A DNA stretch of 64,000 bases. Source: Candidatus Multivoradales bacterium. GTDB taxonomy: Bacteria > Acidobacteriota > Thermoanaerobaculia > Multivoradales > J023. The translations under genes were made by a program, and so were the position numbers. Below the pieces are notes generated by a model. The model did not search any database. It saw only the letters and a program-made list of their open reading frames with translations, and had not been told where the DNA came from. The DNA lies in assembly GCA_965248925.1 (NCBI GenBank), contig CBDFLE010000005.1:2048001-2112000 (forward strand). The letters run 5' to 3'. Shown piece after piece: positions 54,392 through 64,000 of this stretch (positions are counted from its first letter, which is position 1; each line of letters starts with the position of its first letter).

Positions 54392-55893
54392 GGTGAGCCC
54401 TCCCGCGCCGTGGTGCTTTGGACTGGATCGGAGTTCTGAGGATAGAGATAGTCGTAGCGTCGCCGAATGCGCTCGACCCGACCTTCGGCATCGAGTTCGA
54501 ACACCACTAACTCACCATCGGACAAGCGGAAGGTGTGCTCGGCTACCGGCTGTAGCCGGCTGAGACTGCCTGCGGCAGTGGCTTCCGGCGGATACGAATG
54601 CTCGTATAACATCAGCTGCCCACCCCTTACCAGCACCCGGTATTGCCAGGCCCAGGGATCGGCATAGGTGCCAACGTAGGCTTGCCAGGCGGGATCGGCT
54701 ACCTGCGGCGGCGCTGGTTTGGCAGTGGCCTCGGCAACCGCCGCCGCCAGTTGATCGAAAATCTGATAGCCAAAGAAGCTCGGGCTGCCATCATCGGCAT
54801 TGATCATCACGATCACCGCCAACTGCTCTTTGGGCGAGAGCAGGAAGAGGGTGCGATTGCCACCGATCCAACCGCCGTGCAGAGCCAGCGTCTTACCCTG
54901 ACGATGACTGACCGAGAAGCCCAGCCCACGGCCTCCGCTCCAATCCTCGCCCACCCAATGGGGGCGCTGCATCTCCCGCGCCGTCGGCGAACGCAGGATC
55001 TCATCGCCAGCAGCCAGTTGGCCGAGGTGCAGGGCGGCGAATCGGGCCAGATCTTCCACCGTCGACACCACGTTGGCGGCTGGCGCCAGGGCGCCGGTGT
55101 CGTAGTAGTCGAAGATTCCCCGACTGCCATCGGCCAAGCGACGCATGTAGGGCACCGCCCGCTGGGCCAACAACTTCTCGCCGGGGGCGCCACTAGAGTT
55201 ACTCATTTGCAGAGGCTCGAAGATATGCCGCCGCAAATACTCGGCCCAACTCTCTCCCGACACCGCGGCCACCACTTCGCCGAGCAAAGCCATGCCGAGA
55301 TTGGAGTACTTGTAGCGGGTCGCCGGTGGGTAGATAGCCGGCTGGCTGCCGAGGGCGCTGCGCAACTGCTCGGAAGTCGGAAAAAGATGGTCGGTCCAAT
55401 AGGGAAAGGCCGCCTCGCGAGGCAAGCCGCCAGTGTGGGTGAGCAGCTGGCGCAGGGTGACCGGCCCCTGCTCACCCGGCGGATCCTTGAGCCCGAACCA
55501 CGGCAGATGGCGGACCACCGGATCCTCAAGCGCCAACTTGCCCTGATCGCGCAGCTGCAAGATAGCAGTGGCGGTGAATAACTTAGACACCGAGCCGATG
55601 CGGTAGACCGTCGCGGCATCCGCCGCCTTGGGCTCGACGCCTTCTCCACCCCGGTCGCTAAATCCCCAACCCCGCGACCAGATCAACTGGCTGCCATAGA
55701 CAACACCAGCCGAGATTCCAGGAAGATCGCGCGCTTGGCGCTGCTCCTCCACCCACAGATCGAGCAAAGAAATCGCATCTTCCACCGCCGGGTGCTCGGC
55801 GATTGAGTCGCTGGTGGCCAGCGGCGAGGGAGCGGCCAGAATCGGCGAGACGAGCAAAAGGGCAAGCCCAAACGTAGGCGTGATCCGGAACAA
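54388..55893 (-). CDS. Secreted serine hydrolase, beta-lactamase class C/AmpC family
   Basis: SxxK (GSVSK), LLTHTGG, YSN, HGG; start reassigned to TTG 55893 behind GAGGAGGAG, followed by a signal peptide. Confidence 0.88.
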   Translation of the reverse strand: MFRITPTFGLALLLVSPILAAPSPLATSDSIAEHPAVEDAISLLDLWVEEQRQARDLPGISAGVVYGSQLIWSRGWGFSDRGGEGVEPKAADAATVYRIGSVSKLFTATAILQLRDQGKLALEDPVVRHLPWFGLKDPPGEQGPVTLRQLLTHTGGLPREAAFPYWTDHLFPTSEQLRSALGSQPAIYPPATRYKYSNLGMALLGEVVAAVSGESWAEYLRRHIFEPLQMSNSSGAPGEKLLAQRAVPYMRRLADGSRGIFDYYDTGALAPAANVVSTVEDLARFAALHLGQLAAGDEILRSPTAREMQRPHWVGEDWSGGRGLGFSVSHRQGKTLALHGGWIGGNRTLFLLSPKEQLAVIVMINADDGSPSFFGYQIFDQLAAAVAEATAKPAPPQVADPAWQAYVGTYADPWAWQYRVLVRGGQLMLYEHSYPPEATAAGSLSRLQPVAEHTFRLSDGELVVFELDAEGRVERIRRRYDYLYPQNSDPVQSTTAREGSP

Positions 55894-56146
55894 AACGGCT
55901 CCTCCTCGGGGCGGTGGTCTTCGAGATGGCAGTCTTCGGGACGGCAGTCGGATCGGGCGACAGTATATGAACCACGAGCCGCTCGGCGAATGAGTCATGT
56001 TGCCAAATTGACAGGGAAACAGGCCGAACGTTGGACACCGCTGGACGGTTGCCGCATGCTGCACACACCACCTGCGAACCGACCCTCTCAGGCGCCCGGT
56101 TTGCCGTGGTGTACACTGCGCCGATCCTCCAATTACAGCGACGAAA

Positions 56147-57934
56147 ATGCAATTAGCAACCCTCGACTGGCTGGTTCTTGCCACCTTCCTGATTTTCTCG
56201 CTCGGGGTGGGCATCGCTCTCGCTCGCCGAGCGGGTTCTAGCTCGAAAGAGTTCTTTCTTGCCGGCCGCAACATGCCCTGGTGGCTGCTCGGCATCTCGA
56301 TGGTGGCCACCACCTTCTCGACCGACACGCCTAATCTGGTGGCCGACATCGTGCGCCAGCAGGGAGTCGCTGGCAATTGGGTGTGGTGGGCTTTCCTGCT
56401 CACCGGCATGCTGACCACCTTCGTCTACGCCCGGCTGTGGCGACGCTCAGGGGTGGAGACCGATGTCGGTTTCTACGAGCTGCGTTACTCGGGCCGGCTG
56501 GCGGCTTTTCTGCGCGGTTTCCGGGCGGTCTACCTGGGAGCCTTCTTCAACGTCGTGATCATGGCCTCGGTGACTCTGGCGGCGATCAAGATCGGCGGCG
56601 TTCTGCTCGGCATAGACCCGCTGACCACGGTGCTGGTGGCCGGCTCGCTGACCGTGATCTACTCGATGCTCGGTGGCCTCACCGGGGTGCTGATCACCGA
56701 CTTCGTGCAGTTTATCGTCGCCATGGCGGGTTCGCTGGCGGCGGCCTATTACGCCTTATCGCGGCCCGAGGTGGGTGGCCTGTCGGGTCTGCTGAGTCAT
56801 CCCCAGGTACGGGAAAAACTATCCCTGGTGCCGGACTTTTCAGATCCGTCGCTGGTCTTGACCCTGCTGGTGATTCCCCTGGCGGTGCAGTGGTGGAGCG
56901 TTTGGTATCCCGGCGCCGAGCCCGGTGGCGGCGGTTATATTGCCCAGCGCATGCTGGCGGCGCGCAGCGAGGGGCACGCCCAGGGTGCGACGCTGCTGTT
57001 TAATGTTGCCCACTACGCACTGCGACCGTGGCCTTGGATTCTGGTGGCGCTGGCCTCTCTGATCGTTTTCCCGGATTTGCAATCACTCGCCGTCGCCTTC
57101 CCGCAGATCGATCCCGAGGTCTTGGGCCACGACCTGGCCTACCCGGCGATGCTCAGCTTCCTGCCGACCGGCCTTCTCGGCCTGGTGGTGGCTTCGCTCG
57201 CCGCCGCCTACATGTCGACCATCTCCAGCCATCTGAATTGGGGCGCTTCGTATTTGGTCCACGACGTTTACCGCCGCTTTGTCGACCCCGAGGCCGAAGA
57301 TGGGCGATTGGTGATCGTCGGTCGGCTGGCGACGGTGTTGCTGATGGTCTTGGCCGGCTTGTTGGCGCTAGCACTTAGTAACGCGCTGGCCGCCTTTCAG
57401 CTGTTATTGCAGATCGGCGCCGGCACCGGCTTGCTGTTTATCTTGCGCTGGTTCTGGTGGCGCATCAACGCCGCTTCTGAACTCACCGCGATGACGGTGT
57501 CGTTCGCAGTCGCGGCGTGGTTCCAATTCGGCCATGCCCGGTGCTTCGGCGAACGCCTCGAGGGTTGGCAAGAACTGGTCCTCGGCGTGGCCATCACCAC
57601 CACCGCCTGGCTCAGCGTCGCCATCTTCGGCCCAGCGACCGACGAAGCGACGCTGCGCAGCTTCTATCGCCAACTGCGCCCCGGCGGCATCGGCTGGCGT
57701 CGTCTGCGCCAGCGCGCCGCCGCCGACGGCGAACCGCTGCCGACCGCCATCTCGGGCCTTTCGCGAGGTATCGCTGGCATGCTGCTGGGCTCGGCAGCGG
57801 TCTACGCCATCCTCTTCGCCACCGGCCTGCTGCTCTATGGCCACACCGCTGGCGGGCTGGCTCTAGCCCTGCTGGCTCTGCTGGCCAGCGGCGGCATTTA
57901 TTCTCTGTGGCAAGGAACTGAAGATGAACTCTAG
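56147..57934 (+). CDS. Sodium:solute symporter family protein
   Basis: FFLAGRNMPWW, SMVATTFSTDTP, YIAQRMLAA, AAYMSTISSHLNWGASY; many TM helices. Confidence 0.93.
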   Translation: MQLATLDWLVLATFLIFSLGVGIALARRAGSSSKEFFLAGRNMPWWLLGISMVATTFSTDTPNLVADIVRQQGVAGNWVWWAFLLTGMLTTFVYARLWRRSGVETDVGFYELRYSGRLAAFLRGFRAVYLGAFFNVVIMASVTLAAIKIGGVLLGIDPLTTVLVAGSLTVIYSMLGGLTGVLITDFVQFIVAMAGSLAAAYYALSRPEVGGLSGLLSHPQVREKLSLVPDFSDPSLVLTLLVIPLAVQWWSVWYPGAEPGGGGYIAQRMLAARSEGHAQGATLLFNVAHYALRPWPWILVALASLIVFPDLQSLAVAFPQIDPEVLGHDLAYPAMLSFLPTGLLGLVVASLAAAYMSTISSHLNWGASYLVHDVYRRFVDPEAEDGRLVIVGRLATVLLMVLAGLLALALSNALAAFQLLLQIGAGTGLLFILRWFWWRINAASELTAMTVSFAVAAWFQFGHARCFGERLEGWQELVLGVAITTTAWLSVAIFGPATDEATLRSFYRQLRPGGIGWRRLRQRAAADGEPLPTAISGLSRGIAGMLLGSAAVYAILFATGLLLYGHTAGGLALALLALLASGGIYSLWQGTEDEL

Positions 57935-60794
57935 CCTCCATCAGCGGCTGCTCTGGTCGGCACTGGTCCTGGCCTTGCTCAACCCCTCGAACCTAACTTT
58001 CGCCACCTCTCCCCCAGTCGAGTCCCTGTCGACCGCTGATCAGCAGTGGGTGGACTCCAGCCTGGCTGCGCTGAGCTTGGAACAGAAGGCAGCGCAGATG
58101 GTGATGGTGCGGATCTACGGCCGCTATCACCATCCCGAGTCGAGCACCTTTCGCCGCTTGGAACAGCAGGTTCGCGAACTCGGAGTCGGCGGCGTGGTGC
58201 TCTTCGACTCGGATTTGCAGACCGTGCCGCGCTTACTCGACCACTTGCAAGGCCAAGCCGCGCTGCCGCTGTTGGTGGCGGCGGATTTCGAACGCGGGAT
58301 CAACATGCGCATCCGCCGCGGCGCGGTGGAGATGCCCTGGGCGATGGCCATCGGCGCCAGTCGCTCCACCGCGGCGGCCCGCTTTCTCGGCGAGATCACC
58401 GCCCGCGAAGGCCGCGCCCTGGGGGTTCATTGGGCTTTCGCACCGGTGGTCGATGTCAACAACAACCCGGCCAACCCGGTAATCAACCTGCGTTCGTTTG
58501 GCGAACAGCCCGAGTTGGTCGGCGAGCTGGCGACGGCCTTCATCGCCGGTGCCCGCGGCCAAGGCTTGCAACACGGCGGAATGATGACCACCGCCAAGCA
58601 TTTTCCCGGCCATGGCGACACCGCGGTCGACAGCCACCTCGGGCTACCGACCCTAGACTTCGATTTCGAACGCCTCGAACAGATCGAGCTGCGCCCCTTT
58701 CGCCAGACCATCGCCGCCGGCGTCGACGCGGTGATGGTTGGCCACATCGCGGTGCCAGCGATCGATCCAAGCGGCGACCCAGCTACCCTCTCGCCGCTGC
58801 TCACTCATCGGCTCTTGCGTCAGCGGCTGGGGTTCGAGGGCCTGATAGTCACCGACGCCATGGGGATGGAAGGAGTGGCCGCGACCTGGTTCGGCGCCGC
58901 CGCGGTGCGCGCTGTCGCGGCCGGCACCGATGTCGTGCTGATGCCCCCCGATCCGCGCATCGCCATCCAATCGCTAGCGCGAGCAGTGGCCGAGGGGCAA
59001 CTCACCGAAGAGCGCCTCGACCACTCAGTCCGCCGCCTGCTGGAAGCTAAAGCGCGGCTCGGGCTGCACCGGCAGCGCCTGGTTGGCAACAAGGCCGTCG
59101 AGCAACAAGTCGCCCGACCCGCAGACAGCGCCCGCGCGCTGGCCATCGCCCAACGTTCGATCACTGTGCTGCGCGACGCCGACAAACACCTACCGCTGCA
59201 CGCTGAAAGCGATCCAAATCTGCTGTTGATCGAAATCGAGCAAGGCTTGCGCAGCAGCTCGCGGCTGGCGACGCAGCTCGACCGGCGCAAGATCGCCTAC
59301 CGCCGCTGGCAGCTGGGGCCGGAAATCTCGCCCCAGACCCTCGACAAGATCATCAAGAGCGCCGACGAACACAGTCATATACTGCTGGCGGCGTTCATTC
59401 GCCCCCGTGCCGACGGTGTCGACCTATCGCCCAGCCAACTCGATCTGGCGCAGCGCTTGGCGGCCCTGGACAAGCCACTGCTGATGGTCTCCCTCGGCAG
59501 TCCTTATTTGCTCGCCCAGGTGCCGGGAGTCGACACCTACTTCTGTGCTTGGGGCAGCGACGCCTCCAGCCAGGCAGCAGCTATCGGCGCGCTGTTTGGC
59601 GAGTTCGACATCGGCGGCCAGCTCCCGGTGTCGTTACCTGGACTGTACGACTTTGGCCACGGCCTGAGGATTCCCCGTCACCCGATGTCGCTCGAAAGAA
59701 CCAGCGCCGCTGCAGCCGGTTTCCGCACCGCCGGCTTGGCCAAAGTCGAACAGTTGCTCGATGGTTTCGTCAGCGACGGCGCCTTTCCCGGCGGCATCGT
59801 GGCCGTGGGTCACCGCGGCAAGCTTGCCCTGCTGCACCCCTTCGGCAAGCTGTCCTACGCCGCCGACGCGGCAGCAGTGACTCACGAGACCCTCTACGAC
59901 CTCGCCAGCCTGACCAAGGTCATCGCCACCACCACCATGGCGATGATCCTGGTCGATGAGAAACGCCTCGACCTCGACGCCAGGGTCGATAGCTTCCTGC
60001 CCTTATTTCGCGGCGCCGGCAAAGAACAGGTCACCCTCCGCCATCTGCTGACTCACTCTTCAGGGTTGGATTGGTGGGCGCCGCTGTTCGAAACTCTTTC
60101 CGGACAGCTGGCCTACATCGAGCACATCCAGGCGATGGAGCTGGTCTATGCGCCCGGCAGCGACACCAAGTACAGCGACCTCGGCATCATCCTGCTCGGC
60201 GAGATCCTCGAGCGAGTTGCTGGAGAATCGCTGGAGCACTTCTTCGAACAGCGGATCGCCGCTCCCTTGGGGATGACCGAGACCCTTTTCCGCCCCGGCC
60301 CAGAGCTCTTGCAACGCATCGCACCGACGGAGCACGACTCTGGACGCGGCCGCCTGCTGCGCGGCGAAGTCCACGACGAAAACGCCTTTGCCCTGGGCGG
60401 CGTAGCTCCCCACGCCGGCCTGTTCGCCACCGCCGGAGACCTGGCCCGATTCGTCCAAATGCTGGTCAATGGCGGCGTCTTCGAGCATCGACGGATCATT
60501 TCGCGGTCGACCCTCGACCTGTTCACCCACCGCGCCAATCTGGTCGCAGGCTCCGACCGCGCCATTGGCTGGGACACCAAGTCGGCGGAAAAGAGCTCCG
60601 CTGGCGACTTCTTCGCGGCCAGCTCCTACGGCCACACCGGCTTTACCGGCACTTCGATCTGGATCGATCCCGAGCGCCGGTTGTTCCTGATCCTGCTGAC
60701 CAATCGAGTGCATCCAACGCGGGAAAACAACCAGATCCGCAAAGTCCGGCCGGCACTCGCCAACGCGGTGATGCAAGCTCTTGCTGATCCCTGA
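57924..60794 (+). CDS. GH3 beta-N-acetylglucosaminidase (NagZ-type) fused to a beta-lactamase-like serine hydrolase
   Basis: KHFPGHGDTAVDSH NagZ motif; C-terminal LASLTK, YSDLG, GHTGFTGT; signal peptide. Confidence 0.93.
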   Translation: MNSSLHQRLLWSALVLALLNPSNLTFATSPPVESLSTADQQWVDSSLAALSLEQKAAQMVMVRIYGRYHHPESSTFRRLEQQVRELGVGGVVLFDSDLQTVPRLLDHLQGQAALPLLVAADFERGINMRIRRGAVEMPWAMAIGASRSTAAARFLGEITAREGRALGVHWAFAPVVDVNNNPANPVINLRSFGEQPELVGELATAFIAGARGQGLQHGGMMTTAKHFPGHGDTAVDSHLGLPTLDFDFERLEQIELRPFRQTIAAGVDAVMVGHIAVPAIDPSGDPATLSPLLTHRLLRQRLGFEGLIVTDAMGMEGVAATWFGAAAVRAVAAGTDVVLMPPDPRIAIQSLARAVAEGQLTEERLDHSVRRLLEAKARLGLHRQRLVGNKAVEQQVARPADSARALAIAQRSITVLRDADKHLPLHAESDPNLLLIEIEQGLRSSSRLATQLDRRKIAYRRWQLGPEISPQTLDKIIKSADEHSHILLAAFIRPRADGVDLSPSQLDLAQRLAALDKPLLMVSLGSPYLLAQVPGVDTYFCAWGSDASSQAAAIGALFGEFDIGGQLPVSLPGLYDFGHGLRIPRHPMSLERTSAAAAGFRTAGLAKVEQLLDGFVSDGAFPGGIVAVGHRGKLALLHPFGKLSYAADAAAVTHETLYDLASLTKVIATTTMAMILVDEKRLDLDARVDSFLPLFRGAGKEQVTLRHLLTHSSGLDWWAPLFETLSGQLAYIEHIQAMELVYAPGSDTKYSDLGIILLGEILERVAGESLEHFFEQRIAAPLGMTETLFRPGPELLQRIAPTEHDSGRGRLLRGEVHDENAFALGGVAPHAGLFATAGDLARFVQMLVNGGVFEHRRIISRSTLDLFTHRANLVAGSDRAIGWDTKSAEKSSAGDFFAASSYGHTGFTGTSIWIDPERRLFLILLTNRVHPTRENNQIRKVRPALANAVMQALADP

Positions 60795-61016
60795 ACTCAT
60801 GAGCCCACAAACTCGTACGGCACCTTGACCAACTGAGACACCCTCGGAGCTGGCAGTACCTCACTGCGGAGAGTGTCTACTTCCAGACCTCCCCATCCAA
60901 GAGTTCTCTGTGGTAGAAAGATATTCTCCACCAAAGAAGATTTCTGTGAGACTATGAACTCAAGAGATGGGATATAGATTCGAATTTTTCGATCAATTCG
61001 ATCAAGGAGGACGAGA

Positions 61017-61451
61017 ATGGGATTGCCCTTATCCCACAAACCCATGACCGGAGCGCACATCCGCCAGACTGTGCGCCAGATTGCCGCCCAGCTCACCGGC
61101 GCCAACCTCCGCCTACACCATCCCACCATCGAGAAACTAGCCGAGAACATGCCCGATGAAGAGGCACCGCTTGAAGACCTTGCCGGGGTCGTTCTAGCCG
61201 GGGTTAATCACTGCTATCTCAAACATGCCAACAGGGTCCTGTGGTTTCTAGATCTCGCGCTCGACGGCAATAAAAAAGGCAGCGATCATGCCGAGCAAAT
61301 GCTCCGAGCCCTGGCTAAGAATCCGACATCGGCACCACCCAAAAACCAAGAGATTCCAGCCAGTGAAGGCCAAGCCAGCTTCACCCTGGCCGAGATCCAA
61401 CGCGTTCTCGGCGACCCCAAGGACTTCTGGCGTACCGACAACAGCAACTGA
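61017..61451 (+). CDS. Hypothetical protein
   Basis: 144 aa ORF with AGGAGG upstream, filling the gap between known genes; no family recognised. Confidence 0.5.
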   Translation: MGLPLSHKPMTGAHIRQTVRQIAAQLTGANLRLHHPTIEKLAENMPDEEAPLEDLAGVVLAGVNHCYLKHANRVLWFLDLALDGNKKGSDHAEQMLRALAKNPTSAPPKNQEIPASEGQASFTLAEIQRVLGDPKDFWRTDNSN

Positions 61452-61479
61452 CCGGCTGAGGTGCTCCCCGGATTCTGTA

Positions 61480-63678
61480 CTATCGGTGGAAAGCGACGGT
61501 CGGCGCCATGGCTTCTACCACGCCTTCGATGCGGATCACCGGATCGGTGTTCTTCGACTGCCATCTTTCGATAGGTGTGTTGTTCAGCAAGCGAAAACCC
61601 GCTTGTCCGCAAGCCCTGAAGACCAGATCAGACACTCGGTCCACAAGCTCCGGGTCCCAGAAGGAGCGGCCTGAGCGGCGGTCCAAACGAACGACCACAT
61701 TGAGATTGAGGTATTCGAGCCGCTTAGAGCCCAGGAGAAAGCGCGAGCGCCGTGGATCGTGAGCAACATCACGGGCATCTAGCTCTAGCAAGCTGCCATC
61801 TCCCCGAATCACCCTGACCGGCACGCCCTCACCAGGGAAAATCACCTCACTGATCTCCGCCCAAGGAAGGGCTCGCAGAACAATGTCGCGGACCATGGCA
61901 TCACTAAACAAGTTGCCATCGAGAGCTACGACAACTCGATCGCCCAGCTGGTCGGTGCTGGCAATACCCTCTGGCCGCTCCCGGTTGCCAGTAGCGATGG
62001 CTGCCCGGTCCGCCGAACTCTTAACCTTGACAACTGGATCCTCCTGATCGAGGTCCCGCTCTGAGTCGCCCTCGCGCAGCCGGTCATGACGGTCAAAGCC
62101 AGGTCCGGGCCGGTCGTTCAGCACTTGCTGCAGCTCGGTGATGCGACCTTCGAGGCGCTCGATTCTCTCCGCGTACTGCTCATTCACCAAGTTCGAAGCG
62201 GATTCATCCTCTTCCTCGGACGGTTCTACTCGCAATGAGTTGACGGCAGCTCTGAGGGTCTCGACACGCTCCCGCCTCGCTGCCACCAGTTCTTGTTCGA
62301 GGCGCTTGATCCTCTTGCGGTTGTTGCGCGCCGCGTTTTCGGCCTGCTGCAGCTCTTGGGTTTGCTTCTTGGCTTGGTCCTCAGCTGAGATGAAAAACTG
62401 GGTCATGGACTCTACTTGGGCCGCAGCATCGTAGGCACGTTCGCGTTCGCTACTCAGGCGGGCGGTGAGGTGGTTGGCCAACATCGCCGTGCAAAGCAAC
62501 GCCGCAAGGGTGTAGAGCACCGCCGTCTTGTGCCGCAGAAGAAACATCTGTAGTCGATAGAACAGAGTGTCGGGCCGGGCCCTAACCGGCCGCCCTGCTT
62601 GATATCGCCGCAGATCCCGTGACAGCCGCTGCACAGATTCGTAGCGCCGCTGCGGCTCTTTGTGCAAAGCCTTCAGCACGATCTTGTCCAAGTCACCTTC
62701 CAACCGGCTGCCATGGGCCGCAGGAGAGCGCTTGACAGATGCAGACGGCGGACGAGGTGGCTGATCCCGGACCCGCCGGAGAAAGCCCTCGACAGGCCGA
62801 GTACCGAGCTCGAACGGACGACTTCCGGTCAGCAGCTCGTAGAGCAAGACACCGAGCGAATATACATCGCTAGCGGTGGTAATCGGCTGCCTCGCATGTT
62901 GCTCGGGACTGGCATACTCAAGAGTCAGCGGCGCCAATCCGGTGGTGGTGGTCGCACCCAGGGTGTCGACGTGAGGCCAAATTAGTTTCGCAATGCCGAA
63001 GTCGAGCAGTTTCGGATCGCCGGTCGCGGTCACCAAAATATTCGCCGGCTTCAGATCGCGATGAACTACCAGGCTCTGGTGAGCGGCGTGAACCGCTTCA
63101 CAGACTCGCCGGAAGAGGTCGAGTCGTTGATCGATCGTCAGCTCTAGCCGATCGCAGTAGCGGTCTATCGGCTCCCCCTCGATGTACTCCATTACCAGGT
63201 AGGGACGGCCATCCACATCGCTGCCTCCATCCAGCAGGCGGGCAATGCCAGGGTGGCGCAGATCGGCGAGGATCTGCCGCTCGCGTTGAAAGCGGCGCTC
63301 TGAGTCGGCGCCAATCCAGCGATTTCGCAGCAACTTGATAGCAACATATCCGCGATAGGCGCGGTCGACCCGCTCCCCCAGGTACACGGTTCCCATCCCG
63401 CCCCGGCCAAGGCGACGCAGCAACCAGTAGCCGCCGACTTGGCGCCGGCGGGCGGGCGACTCCTGAACCGATTCCCTGGCGCTCGCGGCCAAAGCCAGCA
63501 ACGACTCCTCCATGAAGTCCCCGGCTTCTTCGGCTACCGCCACCAAGGCTTCTACTTCACGGTGAAGGTCAGGGTGATCTGCGCAAAGCTGGCGCAACAA
63601 CGACCGCCGCTCAGCGGCAGGCGCCGCCAAAACTAGTGGGAGAATCTCCTCTACGCGAGCCCATTGGTTCTTAGTCAC
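61480..63678 (-). CDS. Membrane Ser/Thr protein kinase (ECF-sigma associated)
   Basis: LGRGGMGTVY, VAIK, HRDLKPANIL, DFG, YASPE, SDVYSLG; TM then coiled coil; GTG 63678 overlaps the sigma factor stop (GTGA). Confidence 0.93.
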   Translation of the reverse strand: MTKNQWARVEEILPLVLAAPAAERRSLLRQLCADHPDLHREVEALVAVAEEAGDFMEESLLALAASARESVQESPARRRQVGGYWLLRRLGRGGMGTVYLGERVDRAYRGYVAIKLLRNRWIGADSERRFQRERQILADLRHPGIARLLDGGSDVDGRPYLVMEYIEGEPIDRYCDRLELTIDQRLDLFRRVCEAVHAAHQSLVVHRDLKPANILVTATGDPKLLDFGIAKLIWPHVDTLGATTTTGLAPLTLEYASPEQHARQPITTASDVYSLGVLLYELLTGSRPFELGTRPVEGFLRRVRDQPPRPPSASVKRSPAAHGSRLEGDLDKIVLKALHKEPQRRYESVQRLSRDLRRYQAGRPVRARPDTLFYRLQMFLLRHKTAVLYTLAALLCTAMLANHLTARLSSERERAYDAAAQVESMTQFFISAEDQAKKQTQELQQAENAARNNRKRIKRLEQELVAARRERVETLRAAVNSLRVEPSEEEDESASNLVNEQYAERIERLEGRITELQQVLNDRPGPGFDRHDRLREGDSERDLDQEDPVVKVKSSADRAAIATGNRERPEGIASTDQLGDRVVVALDGNLFSDAMVRDIVLRALPWAEISEVIFPGEGVPVRVIRGDGSLLELDARDVAHDPRRSRFLLGSKRLEYLNLNVVVRLDRRSGRSFWDPELVDRVSDLVFRACGQAGFRLLNNTPIERWQSKNTDPVIRIEGVVEAMAPTVAFHR

Positions 63679-64000
63679 TCGGGCTTCACCTCGGCCTGCG
63701 AATCGCCGATCGAAGACGCCTGGCGTACATTCAGATAGCGATAGAGCCACAGCTTGGCGGTCCGCCAGCGGTTGTGCACGGTCTGCGGATGGACGCCGAG
63801 AATCTCTGCTATCTCCTGGCTGTTCAAGCCACCAAAGAAGCGCATCTCCACAATTTGGCTACCCTGCGGATAGGAACGGCTCAAATCCTTCAGCGCGTCG
63901 TCCAAGCGCAGAATGCTCTCCTCGGTCCAGGGGCCAATCCCCAGCTCGTCTTGGTACTCCACGTTGCCAACTCCGGCACCCCGCTTGGCGGCCTTCTTGC
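63675..64000 (-). CDS. ECF-type sigma factor (STK-associated, TIGR02999-like), 5' end outside window
   Basis: AAKRG, LDDALKDL, IVEMRFFGGL...EIAEILGV...TV...WRTAKLWL. Confidence 0.88.
   Translation of the reverse strand, partial: KKAAKRGAGVGNVEYQDELGIGPWTEESILRLDDALKDLSRSYPQGSQIVEMRFFGGLNSQEIAEILGVHPQTVHNRWRTAKLWLYRYLNVRQASSIGDSQAEVKPE

Noticed and set aside
55894-56418. N-terminal 175 aa of the 676-aa serine hydrolase ORF
   Set aside because: Overlaps the divergent symporter gene; RBS and signal peptide point to TTG 55893
60797-61150. 117-aa minus-strand ORF in an AT-rich gap
   Set aside because: Overlaps the better-supported plus-strand ORF 61017-61451; no motif

Overview
GC-rich bacterial window; the gene repertoire is suggestive of Acidobacteriota/Thermoanaerobaculia, which is inference only. 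It is dominated by a ~30 kb single-strand operon (3798-33601) for an extracellular contractile injection system (eCIS, Afp/PVC-like): sheath, tube, hub protein, a giant disordered repeat protein, DUF4255 cap, AAA ATPase, tube initiator, LysM protein, split gp27/gp5 spike, gp25, two baseplate-J proteins, a tail protein and a DUF6519 fibre-like protein. Several structural proteins carry large unusual insertions: ~500 aa Ala-rich helix in the sheath, an Asp-box beta-propeller in baseplate J, and LamG plus Kelch domains in the fibre. Beside the operon lie a PAAR gene, a DUF4157 gene in frame with a pentapeptide-repeat gene, and a T6SS-type membrane complex (tssJ-tssL-tssM). No tssK or other T6SS tail genes occur in the window, suggesting a possible eCIS/T6SS hybrid. 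Two orphan ORFs flanking the operon (a putative PD-(D/E)xK-like nuclease and a putative Cys-His-Asp enzyme) share with the DUF4157 protein a 14-residue N-terminal motif DxxLxR[AV]xxLGH[HR][VIL], a candidate cargo-loading signal. The remainder is ordinary: YcaQ-like glycosylase, PIN TA pair, methyltransferase, DEAD-box helicase, AraC regulator, lysA, serine hydrolase, Na+/solute symporter, GH3/beta-lactamase fusion and an ECF sigma/Ser-Thr kinase pair. All family calls come from motif recognition by eye; no searches were run.
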